From Nemertoderma westbladi (Eukaryota > Animalia > Xenacoelomorpha), in contig JAUCBJ010007483.1 in the NCBI GenBank assembly GCA_032718475.1, forward strand, positions 1 to 60,119: a stretch of DNA of 60,119 bases, in the 5' to 3' direction. Numbering within the stretch: the first letter of the stretch is position 1; each line of letters starts with the position of its first letter. The translations under genes and the position numbers were made by a program. The notes beneath the pieces are model-generated. The model was not told the origin of the DNA. It ran no database searches and worked only from the letters and a program-made list of their open reading frames with translations. Shown piece by piece: positions 27,378 through 40,612 of this stretch.

Positions 27378-28002
27378 TTAATTAAACTCTCATTACCATA
27401 GCAACTGGAGTTTTCTAGAACTGCTCGGTTTTACATCAAGATCCGGTTTATGATTCCAGGTGACATATATCGACTTCAATTCAGTTTTATTGAGTAGTTT
27501 ATGTCCAAAATTAATTATTGATTTGTTAAAACGTCTGTTTGGAGTGGTTGTCATGGAAACTGGGAAATAGAGGTGATTGTGTTTTTCTAACTATTATGGT
27601 TTTGCTACAAATAGAGATTTGAGTATTGACTTGAATGATATAGAATTAAATATACTCCCAGTTACCATGGTAACTAGATATTTCTGGAAATGTTTTGAGT
27701 TTCACTAAAAGTTCCAACTAGTGGTCCAGATAACACATGCCCAGTTTCGTAAAAATTTATCGCGAAGTCTATGTCCAAATGAGTTATTTTTGTGTCAAAA
27801 CATCTGTTTTCAGCGGTAGTCATGATAACTGCAAAATTGAACAATGAAATTTGAATGCAGAATAAGTCATATAGTGGGTGTAGGGCTTGGTCCCAAGTCA
27901 CAATACTATTAAGTTGTGCTTCAAATTATCATTTTATAAATTTTAACTTCTTTTTAGTCTGGTTGCTATGGTAACTGGATTTTCTAATTATAATAATATA
28001 AC

Positions 28003-31000
28003 AATAATTTGTTAGGGAGTTAGCTGAGAAAATCTTGGCGTTAGTAAATAATATAACAATACTTTGTTAGGGAAGTTAGCTGAGAAAATCTTGGAGTTGT
28101 TAGTAAAAATATAACAATTCTTTGTTAGGGGAGTTAGCTGAGAAAATCTTGGCATTAGTAAATAATATAGCAATACTTTGTTAGGGAGTTAGGTGAGAAA
28201 ATCTTGGAGTTGTTAGTAAAAATATAACAATACTTTGTTAGGGGAGTTAGCTGAGAAAATCTTGGCGTTAGTACTACTACTACAGTACTAGGATCGGCAT
28301 GCTGCATTGCAGCTGCATTTTTAAGAATGCTGTGCCGGCTTGTCAACAAAATTGCACCGCCACAACTCCCTATCACCCATGACATTTGCTAGATCATCCG
28401 CATCTTTAAGGCCAGTGTCCTTTAAGATGCGTCTCAAGAAAGTCATGGGCTGTCCACCATGCTTATTCACTCCATGAGGCTGCCAAAGTACAAGATTATG
28501 CACTAGCTGGTCCTCACGGCGAAAGCAATGTCCTGCAAAGCGGAGGCGATTTTGTTCTAGTGTCAAGCTTGGGGGAACCAATGAGACACCTCCAATGTTA
28601 TATAGTGTCTGGTTGGAGATGTGTGCATTGTACATGACTTGTATTGTATTGGACTTGTCTTGGCGTTAGTAAATAATATAACAATACTTTGTTAGGGGAG
28701 TTAGCTGAGAAAATCTTGGAGTTGTTAGTAAAAATATAACAATACTTTGTTAGGGGAGTTAGCTAAGAAAATATTGGCGTTAGTAAATAATATAACAATA
28801 CTTTGTTAGGGGGGTTAGCTGAGAAAATATTGGCGTTAGATAAAATGTAACAATACTTTGTTAGGGGAGTTAGCTGAGAAAATCTTGGCGTTAGTAAAAA
28901 TATAACAATAATTTGTTAGAGGAGTTTGCTGAGAAAATCTTGGCGTTAGTAAATAATATAACAATACTTTGTTAGGGGAGTTAGCTGAGAATGTCATGGC
29001 ATTAGTAAATAATATAACAATACTTTGTAAGGGGAGTTAGCTGAGAAAATCTTGGCGTTAGTAAAAATATAACAATAATTTGTTAAAGGAGTTTGCTGAG
29101 AAAATCTTGGCGTTAGTAAATAATATAACAATACTTTGTTAGGGGAGTTAGGTGATAAAATCTTGGCGTTAGTAAATACTGTAATATAAAAATACTTTGT
29201 TAGGGGAGCTAGGTGAGAAAATCTTGGCGTTAGTAAATAATATAACAATACTTTGTAAGGGGAGTTAGCTGAGAAAATCTTGGCGTTAGTAAAAATATAA
29301 CAATAATTTGTTAGGGGAGTTAGTTGAGAAAATCTTGGCGTTAGTAAAAATGTAACAATACTTTGTTAGGGGAGTTAGCGGAGAAAATCTTGGCGTTAGT
29401 AAAAATATAACAATAATTTGTTAGGGGAGTTAGATAAGAAAATCTTGGCGTTAGTAAAAATGTAACAATACTTTGTTAGGGGAGTTAGCGGAGAAAATCT
29501 TGGCGTTAGTAAAAATATAACAATAATTTGGTAGGGGAGTTGGCTGAGAAAATCTTGGCGTTAGTAAAAATATAACAATAATTTGGTAGGGGAGTTGGCT
29601 GAGAAAATCTTGGCGTTAGTAAAAATATAACAATACTTTGTTAGGGGAGTTAGCTAAGAAAATCTTGGCGTTAGTAAAAATATAACAATACTTTGTTAGG
29701 GGAGTTAGCTAAGAAAATCTTGGCGTTAGTAAAAATGTAACAATACTTTGTTAGGGGAGTTAGCTGAGAAAATCTTGGCGTTAGTAAAAATATAACAATA
29801 CTTTGTTAGGGGAGTTAGCTAAGAAAATCTTGGCGTTAGTAAAAATATAAATATACTTTGTAAGGGGAGTTAGCTGAGAAAATCTTGGCGTTAGTAAAAA
29901 CATAACAATAATTTGTTAGGGGAGTTAGTTGATAAAATCTTGGCGTTAGTAAAAATGTAACAATACTTTGTTAGGGGAGTTAGCGGAGAAAATCTTGGCG
30001 TTAGTAAAAATATAACAATAATTTGTTAGGGGAGTTAGATAAGAAAATCTTGGCGTTAGTAAAAATGTAACAATACTTTGTTAGGGGAGTTAGCGGAGAA
30101 AATCTTGGCGTTAGTAAAAATATAACAATAATTTGTTAGGGGAGTTAGATAAGAAAATCTTGGCGTTAGTAAAAATGTAACAATACTTTGTTAGGGGAGT
30201 TAGCGGAGAAAATCTTGGCGTTAGTAAAAATATAACAATAATTTGGTAGGGGAGTTGGCTGAGAAAATCTTGGCGTTAGTAAAAATATAACAATACTTTG
30301 TTAGGGGAGTTAGCTAAGAAAATCTTGGCGTTAGTAAAAATGTAACAATACTTTGTTAGGGGAGTTAGCGGAGAAAATCTTGGCGTTAGTAAAAATATAA
30401 CAATAATTTGGTAGGGGAGTTGGCTGAGAAAATCTTGGCGTTAGTAAAAATATAACAATAATTTGTTAGGGGAGTTAGTTGAGAAAATCTTGGCGTTAGT
30501 AAAAATGTAACAATACTTTGTTAGGGGAGTTAGCGGAGAAAATCTTGGCGTTAGTAAAAATATAACAATAATTTGGTAGGGGAGTTGGCTGAGAAAATCT
30601 TGGCGTTAGTAAAAATATAACAATAATTTGTTAGGGGAGTTAGTTGAGAAAATCTTGGCGTTAGTAAATAATATAACAATACTTTGTAAGGGGAGTTAGC
30701 TGAGAAAATCTTGGCGTTAGTAAAAATATAACAATAATTTGTTAGGGGAGTTAGTTGAGAAAATCTTGGCGTTAGTAAAAATGTAACAATACTTTGTTAG
30801 GGGAGTTAGTTGAGAAAATCTTGGCGTTAGTAAAAATGTAACAATACTTTGTAAGGGGAGTTAGCTAAGAAAATCTTGGCGTTAGTAAAAATATAAAAAT
30901 ACTTTGTAAGGGGAGTTAGCTGAGAAAATCTTGGCGTTAGTAAAAACATAACAATAATTTGTTAGGGGAGTTAGTTGAGAAAATCTTGGCGTTAGTAAAA

Positions 31001-33757
31001 ATGTAACAATACTTTGTTAGGGGAGTTAGCGGAGAAAATCTTGGCGTTAGTAAAAATATAACAATAATTTGTTAGGGGAGTTAGATAAGAAAATCTTGGC
31101 GTTAGTAAAAATGTAACAATACTTTGTTAGGGGAGTTAGCGGAGAAAATCTTGGCGTTAGTAAAAATATAACAATAATTTGTTAGGGGAGTTAGATAAGA
31201 AAATCTTGGCGTTAGTAAAAATATAACAATAATTTGTTAGGGGAGTTAGTTGAGAAAATCTTGGCGTTAGTAAAAATGTAACAATACTTTGTTAGGGGAG
31301 TTAGTTGAGAAAATCTTGGCGTTAGTAAAAATGTAACAATACTTTGTAAGGGGAGTTAGCTAAGAAAATCTTGGCGTTAGTAAAAATATAACAATACTTT
31401 GTTAAGGGAGTTAGCTAAGAAAATCTTGGCGTTAGTAAAAATATAACAATACTTTGTTAGGGGAGTTAGCTAAGAAAATCTTGGCGTTAGTAAAAATGTA
31501 ACAATACTTTGTTAGGGGAGTTAGCTGAGAAAATCTTGGCGTTAGTAAAAATATAACAATACTTTGTTAGGGGAGTTAGCTAAGAAAATCTTGGCGTTAG
31601 TAAAAATGTAACAATACTTTGTTAGGGGAGTTAGCTAAGAAAATCTTGGCGTTAGTAAAAATATAACAATAATTTGTTAGGGGAGTTAGATAAGAAAATC
31701 TTGGCGTTAGTAAAAATGTAACAATACTTTGTTAGGGGAGTTAGCGGAGAAAATCTTGGCGTTAGTAAAAATATAACAATAATTTGGTAGGGGAGTTGGC
31801 TGAGAAAATCTTGGCGTTAGTAAAAATATAACAATAATTTGGTAGGGGAGTTGGCTGAGAAAATCTTGGCGTTAGTAAAAATATAACAATACTTTGTTAG
31901 GGGAGTTAGCTAAGAAAATCTTGGCGTTAGTAAAAATATAACAATACTTTGTTAGGGGAGTTAGCTAAGAAAATCTTGGCGTTAGTAAAAATGTAACAAT
32001 ACTTTGTTAGGGGAGTTAGCTGAGAAAATCTTGGCGTTAGTAAAAATATAACAATACTTTGTTAGGGGAGTTAGCTAAGAAAATCTTGGCGTTAGTAAAA
32101 ATATAAATATACTTTGTAAGGGGAGTTAGCTGAGAAAATCTTGGCGTTAGTAAAAACATAACAATAATTTGTTAGGGGAGTTAGTTGATAAAATCTTGGC
32201 GTTAGTAAAAATGTAACAATACTTTGTTAGGGGAGTTAGCGGAGAAAATCTTGGCGTTAGTAAAAATATAACAATAATTTGTTAGGGGAGTTAGATAAGA
32301 AAATCTTGGCGTTAGTAAAAATGTAACAATACTTTGTTAGGGGAGTTAGCGGAGAAAATCTTGGCGTTAGTAAAAATATAACAATAATTTGTTAGGGGAG
32401 TTAGATAAGAAAATCTTGGCGTTAGTAAAAATGTAACAATACTTTGTTAGGGGAGTTAGCGGAGAAAATCTTGGCGTTAGTAAAAATATAACAATAATTT
32501 GGTAGGGGAGTTGGCTGAGAAAATCTTGGCGTTAGTAAAAATATAACAATACTTTGTTAGGGGAGTTAGCTAAGAAAATCTTGGCGTTAGTAAAAATGTA
32601 ACAATACTTTGTTAGGGGAGTTAGCGGAGAAAATCTTGGCGTTAGTAAAAATATAACAATAATTTGGTAGGGGAGTTGGCTGAGAAAATCTTGGCGTTAG
32701 TAAAAATATAAAAATACTTTGTAAGGGGAGTTAGCTGAGAAAATCTTGGCGTTAGTAAAAACATAACAATAATTTGTTAGGGGAGTTAGTTGAGAAAATC
32801 TTGGCGTTAGTAAAAATGTAACAATACTTTGTTAGGGGAGTTAGCGGAGAAAATCTTGGCGTTAGTAAAAATATAACAATAATTTGTTAGGGGAGTTAGA
32901 TAAGAAAATCTTGGCGTTAGTAAAAATGTAACAATACTTTGTTAGGGGAGTTAGCGGAGAAAATCTTGGCGTTAGTAAAAATATAACAATAATTTGTTAG
33001 GGGAGTTAGATAAGAAAATCTTGGCGTTAGTAAAAATGTAACAATACTTTGTTAGGGGAGTTAGCGGAGAAAATCTTGGCGTTAGTAAAAATATAACAAT
33101 AATTTGGTAGGGGAGTTGGCTGAGAAAATCTTGGCGTTAGTAAAAATATATAATAATTTGGTAGGGGAGTTGGCTGAGAAAATCTTGGCGTTAGTAAAAA
33201 TATAACAATACTTTGTTAAGGGAGTTAGCTAAGAAAATCTTGGCGTTAGTAAAAATATAACAATACTTTGTTAGGGGAGTTAGCTAAGAAAATCTTGGCG
33301 TTAGTAAAAATGTAACAATACTTTGTTAGGGGAGTTAGCTGAGAAAATCTTGGCGTTAGTAAAAATATAACAATACTTTGTTAGGGGAGTTAGCTAAGAA
33401 AATCTTGGCGTTAGTAAAAATATAACAATACTTTGTTAGGGGAGTTAGCTAAGAAAATATTGGCGTTAGTAAAAATGTAACAATAATTTGTTAGGGGAGT
33501 TAGCTAAGAAAATCTTGGCGTTAGTAAAAATGTAACAATACTTTGTTAGGGGAGTTAGCTGAGAAAATCTTGGCGTTAGTAAAAATATAACAATAATTTG
33601 GTAGGGGAGTTGGCTGAGAAAATCTTGGCGTTAGTAAAAATATAACAATAATTTGTTAGGGGAGTTAGCTAAGAAAATATTGGCGTTAGTAAAAATATAA
33701 CAATACTTTGTTAGGGGAGTTAGCTTAGAAAATCTTGGGATTAGTAAAAATATAACA
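28003..33757 (+). repeat. 55-bp satellite array, about 100 monomers
   Basis: Unit ttaggggagttagctgagaaaatcttggcgttagtaaaaatataacaatactttg. A single monomer also lies at 24690-24738. Confidence 0.98.
28274..28657 (-). mobile_element. Short 5'-truncated RTE-like LINE inserted in the satellite
   Basis: Almost identical to 35937-36288, with a (TAG)n tail and flanking duplication tcttggcgttagta. Confidence 0.9.
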
Positions 33758-34424
33758 TATGTATTACAACATATGCATTAAGGTAAGGATTCAGTCGCCA
33801 GGCATTAACATCAATCTGTATGTCGTTGAAGTTCATAACATCATCATCGTGATTGTGAGTTACCATTTCGGAGATGTTTGAACCTCCAAATTCAGATGAT
33901 TTTTCAACTGTAGCAAATGCATTTGTCACATGGAAATTTTCCATTGTCCTGGTGGCTTTGGGTTCTATGGGAGGTCTATAAGCGAATCCTTTGAACCTAT
34001 CTCCCATTTTACACTTTAAAATTTGATCTGCAGCCTGTGGTCCATATAATGGACACTGGACAGGTTGCGATACTTGCTTCCTTGTCCAAAAATTGGACTA
34101 ACTCAGGCATACCCGGATCTATTCATTGTTTTAGTCGGGACTTATACACATATACACTATACAGCCCCCTTAGTCAGTATAGAATTAGACAAATTTGCTG
34201 CAACTTTCTGAATGAAGTCGATCTTCACGGATCCCAAGAGGGTTGAAATTTTGAGCCTTCGCGATGCACCATAATGAAATTTATAACAATATAACACATT
34301 GATGTAAGATCAATGACTCAAGAAAGAACTTCCTGCTTGCATCAAATGTCATCAAATGGATCCAAACTTAGATAGATTCCCAAATTTTGATTTTGGGACC
34401 AAGGTAAGTAGTGCCACAGGTACA

Positions 34425-34604
34425 TGGCCAGAACCTAATATTTGGTGCAAGTGACTTTTATTCTCAATTTTAGCTATGGACAACTGGCCAGAACCTAATA
34501 TTTGGTGCAAGTGACTTTTATTCTCAATTTTAGCTATGGACAACTGGCCAGAACCTAATATTTGGTGCAAGTGACTTTTATTCTCAATTTTAGCTATGGA
34601 CAAC
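34425..34604 (+). repeat. Perfect 60-bp triplication
   Basis: tggccagaacc...ctatggacaac occurs three times. Confidence 0.95.
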
Positions 34605-34605
34605 T

Positions 34606-37353
34606 CATAGTTCTCCTATGCATTTAATTCCATCGACCGCTCACAAATGTTTGCTGAAGTCAGGGAACACTTGCCCTCTCTTTCCGCATGGGTGGAGGCA
34701 TGTTACGGAATCTAGGCTGTCCTCTGGCTTGGTGACCGACAAATCTTCAGCTGCTCCGGCATCCAACAAGGTGATCCTTTGGGCCCCCTCCTTTTTGCCA
34801 TAACTTTACACCCTGTGGCCAAGATTATTCGGGCGAAAGTCCCTTCTCTTGTAATTAATGCCTGGTATTTGGACGATGGTTCACTGGTTGGATCCCCAGA
34901 CGACTTGTCAAAAGCCTTAGCCATATTAGAACAGGAAGGCCCCTTGAGACACCTTCAACTCAACCACGCCAAATCCCAAGTCTTCATCCCTACTGGCTCC
35001 TCAGTTCATTCGAATCCACTACCACCCTCCATTCCCATCCTCTCCAATGGTCTAACCATACTTGGCTCCCCGATTGGTTCCTCTCAATACTGCGAGGAGA
35101 CCATTATGCTAAGAGTGGCCAAAGTCCGCTCCATCACTGAATGCCTTTCTGACCTTCAGGATTCCCAGATGGAATCTACCCTTCTTCGATCATGCCTTTC
35201 TTTACCCAAAGTAGTCTTTGCCCTCCGCTGCTGTCCCCCCTCCATGATTCCGGACTCCTCGCTACAGTTCGATCTTGTCATGTGGGATACCCTGTCTGAT
35301 CTGGTTGGGGGCTCCCTGAGTGACTGGTCGTACAACAAAGCTTGCCTTCCAGTCTCGATGGGTGGTCTGGGCCTTAGAAAAGCCGTAAACCATTCCCCGG
35401 CCGCATATATTGCTTCTGTCTCCCAGTCAGAAACCCTGGTCACTAGAATCCTAGGCCACTCCCCAGGTAACCGTCACCTCCCCTCTGCACCGGCCTCCTT
35501 GTCCGAGCATGCCGATAAACCAGATTGGACCTCCTTGGAAGACCTTCCAACACCCATCACCCAACACAATCTATCCCACTCAGTTGACATCTCCTCCTAC
35601 GAACGGCTCCTGTCCTCTGCCCGTGACAACAGGTCCCGAGCCCTTCTACACTCCACTTCTCTTGGCCACGCTGGTGACTGGTTACATGCCATTCCTTCTG
35701 AGTCCCTTGGTCTCCATTTTCTGGATGTTGAGCACAGACTCTCCTTGTGTTACTGGTTAGGTGTCCGACTATCCTCTAGCTCATCTCCCTGTGCCTCTTG
35801 CTCCCTCCCTGCTGACCCATTTGGGGACCATCACGTTGGCTGTGGTGGGGACTCAGACAGGATCGCACACCATGACTCCCTCCGGGATGCCATTTTCCAA
35901 GCTGCACAATCTGCAGCTCTGGCGCCCCGGAGAGAACTACTACTAGGATCGGCATGCTGCATTGCAGCTGCATTTTTAAGAATGCTGTGCCGGCTTGTCA
36001 ACAAAATTGCACCGCCACAACTCCCTATCACCCATGACATTTGCTAGATCATCCGCATCTTTAAGGCCAGTGTCCTTTAAGATGCGTCTCAAGAAAGTCA
36101 TGGGCTGTCCACCATGCTTATTCACTCCATGAGGCTGCCAAAGTACAAGATTATGCACTGGCTGGTCCTCACGGCGAAAGCAATGTCCTGCAAAGCGGAG
36201 GCGATTTTGTTCTAGTGTCAAGCTTGGGGGAACCAATGAGACACCTCCAATGTTATATAGTGTCTGGTTGGAGATGTGTGCATTGTACTTGACACAATGT
36301 ACCCGGCGTAGCATTCTTGTGAATGTGCCATCCAGAGATTTGGTGTCCTCAGCAGTTAGAGCCCAGCATGGACTCCCGTAGAGGAGTAATGGAACTACTG
36401 CTGCTCTAAATAATCGGACCTTAAGTTTCCGATTAATTCTAGGTGACTTCCAAATCCTGGAAAGCCTATTCAAGGCTGCCCATGCCTTTCCCTTACGTAT
36501 TCGAAGGTCCTCACCTGACTTCCGGATCCATGATCCCAGGTAACAGAAGTCGTCCACATGCTCAAGCATACCATCCTTTGAGCTTATGCTCATCCGATCA
36601 GAGAATTGCTGAGGACTTTCAAAGTTAACTGTCAGAATTTTGGTCTTTCTGGAGTTAATAAAAAGACCAACACTAGAAGCAGCATGTTCTAATGAGCTGA
36701 GGAGCCGCTGGGCTCCCTCTAATGATTCTGAGAGTACTCCTAAGTCATCAGCAAAGTCTAGATCAGTTAGGTACTTGGCAGGATTTCCTCGACTTCTGGA
36801 GCCAGTAGGTGGAGTTATCATCACCCCATCATCATTATGATGATCTAAGGACATGCGTAGAACATGCGGAGAGAAGTCCCTGGGTGGATTCCTGGCTTCT
36901 GCAGCAGACCGGCAGATATCTTCCTCCCCAAATGGAGACGGGGACAGCCCATGGCCCTGGACGTAATGGTGATCTCACCGCTTCAATCCAGAACCATTAA
37001 CTGCGCTGCGTCCACCCCAGGCTCTGCCCTTACCGTTGCACGTGAACGTAAGCTAGCCGCCCACCTAGATGAGTGCCGATCCTCAGGCGTGGGCTTCCCC
37101 CCCCCCCCCCCCTGGCTCTTGATGCACTTGGGGGCTGGGACTTCCACTCCACCTCAATCATCTCCGAGATTGGACGTCTGCAGAGTCTCCGTCGCAGTAT
37201 CCCTGCCAAAGAAGCCGTCAGGCATCTATTCCAGCGCCTTTTCAGTGTGTCTGTGGCAAGGAAACGCTGCAATGTGGCTCCGTAGAAGCTCGAGCCTCCC
37301 TCCCTGGGTGGGTAGATGGCATTATGTAAGCGCTTTCTTCCCCTAGGCAAAAT
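34606..37353 (+). mobile_element. 5'-truncated CRE-clade non-LTR retrotransposon (RT plus RLE), interrupted
   Basis: AFNSIDR, QQGDPLGPLLF, AWYLDDG, GGLGLR and CxxC...HxxxC, then after the insertion RPADIFLP...ALDV and ALDALGGW. Confidence 0.9.
35937..36866 (-). mobile_element. 5'-truncated RTE-like LINE (RT C-terminal half) nested in the CRE element
   Basis: DLDFADD, FCYLGS, LLYGS and RLRFAGHC motifs, (TAG)n tail, and 9-bp TSD cggagagaa (35928-35936, 36867-36875). Confidence 0.92.
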
Positions 37354-38328
37354 TTATTTTCCTAGTGCAATTTTGTGTTTTAATTTCATTTAATAAAATA
37401 AAAAGTTTGTGGGTATAATTTGTACAACGCAAAAAAAACACATATATTATGCTCATTATATCCGCAATGACCGATTTAGTGGGGGTAGACACCATCAAAA
37501 CAAGCACAGAGCGAATAGTTATTGAGATATTGCAGACAATGTTAAGTCCGGCACAAGTCAACATGAGTGCCTTGATGATTTATAGATAAATACACTAAAA
37601 TTTTTACATCTAATTATCTTAAAGCATCAAAACTATACACATCATTGCAACGAATTGATTTAGTGTTTACAGACACCTTCAATGTGAAAGAGTAGTGGTT
37701 AGTTGACTATAGTTTTTGTACAAAATGTGTGGAATGGGTCAACTCAATATCAAGTATCAATTTGTGGACATAGCCTTGACATTTTGTAAAATAATTCAAG
37801 AACTAATCACTCTATACTCTTATTTGTGTCTACACCCACTACATCGATCATTTTCTGTGATGTGTCTATTCTTGATTCCTTGAGATAGTTAAAAGTATCA
37901 TTTTTAGTGTATTTGTCCATATCACATCAAGGCGGTAATGTAGACTCGCGCCGGACTTCACATTCTCTGCGATATCTCAAGAACTATTCGCTCTACAAAC
38001 GTACAAACCCCCACTAAATCGGTCATTGAGGTTCTAATGAGCATAATATTAATACAGTAGGAGAAATAAAAGTTGGCCATCGTGAAAATTGAGAATAATC
38101 GTCATTTGTGCCAAAGGGTAGGTTCTGGCTATGTGCCTGTGGCACTAGTTCCCTTGATCTAAAAATTAAAATTTTGGTATCTAACTAAGTTTGGACCCAT
38201 TTGATGACTTGATGCATGCAAGAAGTTTTTTCTTGAGTCATTGATCTTTCAGTAATGTATTATATTGCTATAAATTTCATTGTGGTGCATCACGAAGGCT
38301 CAAAATTTTAACCCTTTTATTCTTTTAA

Positions 38329-39893
38329 CCCTATTAGTACCGGGATATAAAATGTTGTACAAATACCGGGGGGGGGGGGTCATATTGACCTCCCCCCCTC
38401 TAAAATCTACAAATTTTTACGAAAACGTCTGTTTTTTTGTTTGTACGTAGGTATCACTAGTCAGGATCCGACTGAAAAAAAAAAATTTCGAAAAAATGTA
38501 CTGGGGTGGTTATATTGCAGCACCAAATTTACAAGTAGTGCACAATTTTCAGAAAATTTGAAAGTTACATTTTTCGTCTAATTGTTTTTCAATACAGGTT
38601 TTCTGGGGCGCAAAATACATTGGAAAATATTTAAAAATGATATGATTACTATAAATGACTGTTTAGTCCTCTCTGCGTAGGAAAAAAATGAAAAAAACAA
38701 GTAACCAGCACTTTTCAGTTAGAACACAAATTTTTTAATTCACTTATACGATGCTATAAATTCACATTTTCAGGTTTTCTAGGGCGCTGATTCTAATGGA
38801 ATACATTTCTAAAATGCCCCATCATTGCTACTTGTATTTTTCGGCGTAATTTGGCAAATTTTGGTGCTAGGACCAAATTTCGTACCCATCACCAAAAAGT
38901 ACAAGTTTGCGATGTCCAGTGCTGTTTTTATTGATTCCATCGGATTCAGGACCCTCATAAACCCGTATAACGCAATAAACAAGATGATACTATCTACTGA
39001 TCAATTTGCTTATTTTCCAAAATTTGGTGCTGGCACAACAATTTTCACCCACCGGCGAAAAATACAAGTTTGAAAACTCTTATGAAATTTTTACTGATTT
39101 CATTGAATTCAGAACCCTCACAAACCCGTATAACGCAAGAAACAAGGTGACACAATCAATTTATATATTTGATGGTTTTCAAAATTTGGTGCTAGAACCA
39201 CATTTTGCACCCACTTCCGAAAAATACAAGTTTGAGATGCCTAGTTCGAAAATTATATATTTCATTCAATTCAGAATAGCCATAAACCTCTAAAACGTAA
39301 GAAATAAATTGTCACAAACAATTTTATCAATTGAATGGATTTTCAACATTTCGTGCTAGCACCAAAATTTGCACCCACCACCGAAAAATACAAGTTTGAT
39401 ACGCTTGGTGCAACTCGTATATATTTCATCGAAACCAGAACCCCAAAAAACCCCAATTGCGTAAAAAACAAGTTTCACACAATCAATTTACAAAATTGAC
39501 ATATTTCAAAATTTGGTGCTGGCACCAAAAATTGGCACCCACCGAAAAAAACAAGTTTGAAATTTCTAAATCAATTTATATGAATTCCATCCAATTTCTA
39601 ACACCAAAAAACCGGTGTAAATCAAAAATAGAGATGTTACAATTCATATTTAATGAAATGTAATTTTCAAAAAACGTCTCAAAAAAAGAGCCAAAAGTAG
39701 GGTTCAAAAATGGTGCTATAACTCGAAAACTACCAAATATTTTTGAAAACGGTTTTCACTACTAGGAAGACAATAGATTTTTAGGAAAAGTCATAAAATT
39801 TCAGATTCCCAACTGCGTTTGTTTCAGAATTATAATAAAAAAAACACGGATGGGGTCATATTGACCCCCCCCCCCCCCCCGGGTTTAATAGGG
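38329..39893 (-). mobile_element. piggyBac-like non-autonomous element, copy B
   Basis: TTAA-ccctatta...taataggg-TTAA termini. Inverted homolog of copy A. Confidence 0.88.
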
Positions 39894-40612
39894 TTAACTT
39901 TTATTCTTGCGGAGTTGTTCTTCTGACCAGGAAAGTACAGTCAAAATCGTGTCACATTTGGTAGGTGGAGAATCAATCAAAGGCCCAAAAGGAACTGAGT
40001 AGGTCCTTCGGGTATATGGCCGTCTTCTTGTGATTTACATTGTATGCAATCTGACAATTCCATTTGAGTTGTTACACTGTTATGGTGAACTGATGATACA
40101 CACCAAGAGACATCAGTTTTCAATGCTGAGTTTAAGATTTAACAGTTTCAAAAATCAAATGGGAAGATTGCTGTTGGTAAACAAATGCTGGTGGTAATGG
40201 TTTTATTTCCCCCATTGAATGGAAGAGAATCGATAGCAGTTAGATTTCTTACCCTTAATGAGTTTAATTCCTTTTTACTATATGTTCTAGGAATGTTTAT
40301 TTCACATGGTTTAGCACTGCCTCCACTTGATAGCTGTGTGAACTCTGAAGCTGTTACTGCATTTCTCGACATCCATTTGGTGTATAAACTTGTAAATCAA
40401 AATTATCACACCACACACTAATTATATTTGGACTATCATTGAATACATCTTTGAAACTGGAATATGTGGCCGATTTGCGAAATCTTAACACTTCATCAAA
40501 ACTAGCAACGTATCCATTCGAGTGTAAAATATCAATATGTTGCCTGGGTCCAAACTGGAAGTGTAGCTTTATAGCCAAACCAAGCATGGTCTGATTATAA
40601 GATTTACAGACT

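Larger units (their letters stand above)
34200..39950. mobile_element. Fold-back (palindromic) element with nested insertions
   Basis: 34238-34484 is inverse to 38070-38315 and 37440-37600 is inverse to 37900-38050, centred near 37755. Outer ends are approximate. Confidence 0.7.

Noticed and set aside
28003-33757. CRISPR array or telomere
   Set aside because: Head-to-tail monomers with no unique spacers in eukaryotic DNA, and TTAGGG is not tandem.
34779-36047. Single 422-aa protein
   Set aside because: Chimeric: the last 36 residues read into the antisense LINE insertion.
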